DNA of 46,050 nt, from contig JALAGF010000953.1 in NCBI GenBank assembly GCA_030167865.1, positions 1 to 46,050 on the forward strand, in the 5' to 3' direction. Shown here in pieces: positions 45,966 to 46,050 of this stretch. Source of the DNA: Craspedostauros australis. Taxonomy: Eukaryota. The position numbers were made by a program, and so were the translations under genes. Position 1 is the first letter of the stretch. The number at the start of each line of letters is the position of its first letter. The notes beneath the pieces were generated by a model. The model was not told where the DNA came from, made no database searches, and was given only the letters and a program-made list of their open reading frames with translations.

Positions 45966-46050
45966 GAGCATATTGTGGCAGTTTGTACGCATTGTGGGCA
46001 ATGAGCAAAAGATGGAAGAAGGTATGGGCGCAGGTGCAGATGCAGATGCA

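Overview
Eukaryotic genomic DNA, most likely a pennate diatom. This is inferred from GT-AG spliceosomal introns, diatom-type HSFs, a cyclase/PDE fusion, a CRAL-TRIO-like + DUF6824 gene, a tandem-SET gene, RXL propeptide motifs and a bipartite plastid presequence. About ten intact genes are supported: two paralogous secreted Cys-rich/mucin-like proteins 33 kb apart, two heat-shock factors, a predicted thylakoid-lumen protein resembling the C-terminal domain of CcmI/CycH, a 5-exon receptor cyclase-phosphodiesterase, a 1664-aa disordered protein with repeated Trp motifs, a 3-exon CRAL-TRIO-like/DUF6824 protein, a 4-exon membrane LRR protein and a tandem-SET protein. There is also an ABCG pseudogene and a nested mobile-element cluster at 4.9-7.3 kb. 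In that cluster two ~0.8-kb TG...CA solo-LTR-like elements sit in or next to a LINE remnant; one has a 6-bp target duplication, and both are followed by GGAGGTG at the same offset. Family assignments come from motif recognition by eye, not database searches. Most ORFs in the supplied track are shadows of these genes or spurious.
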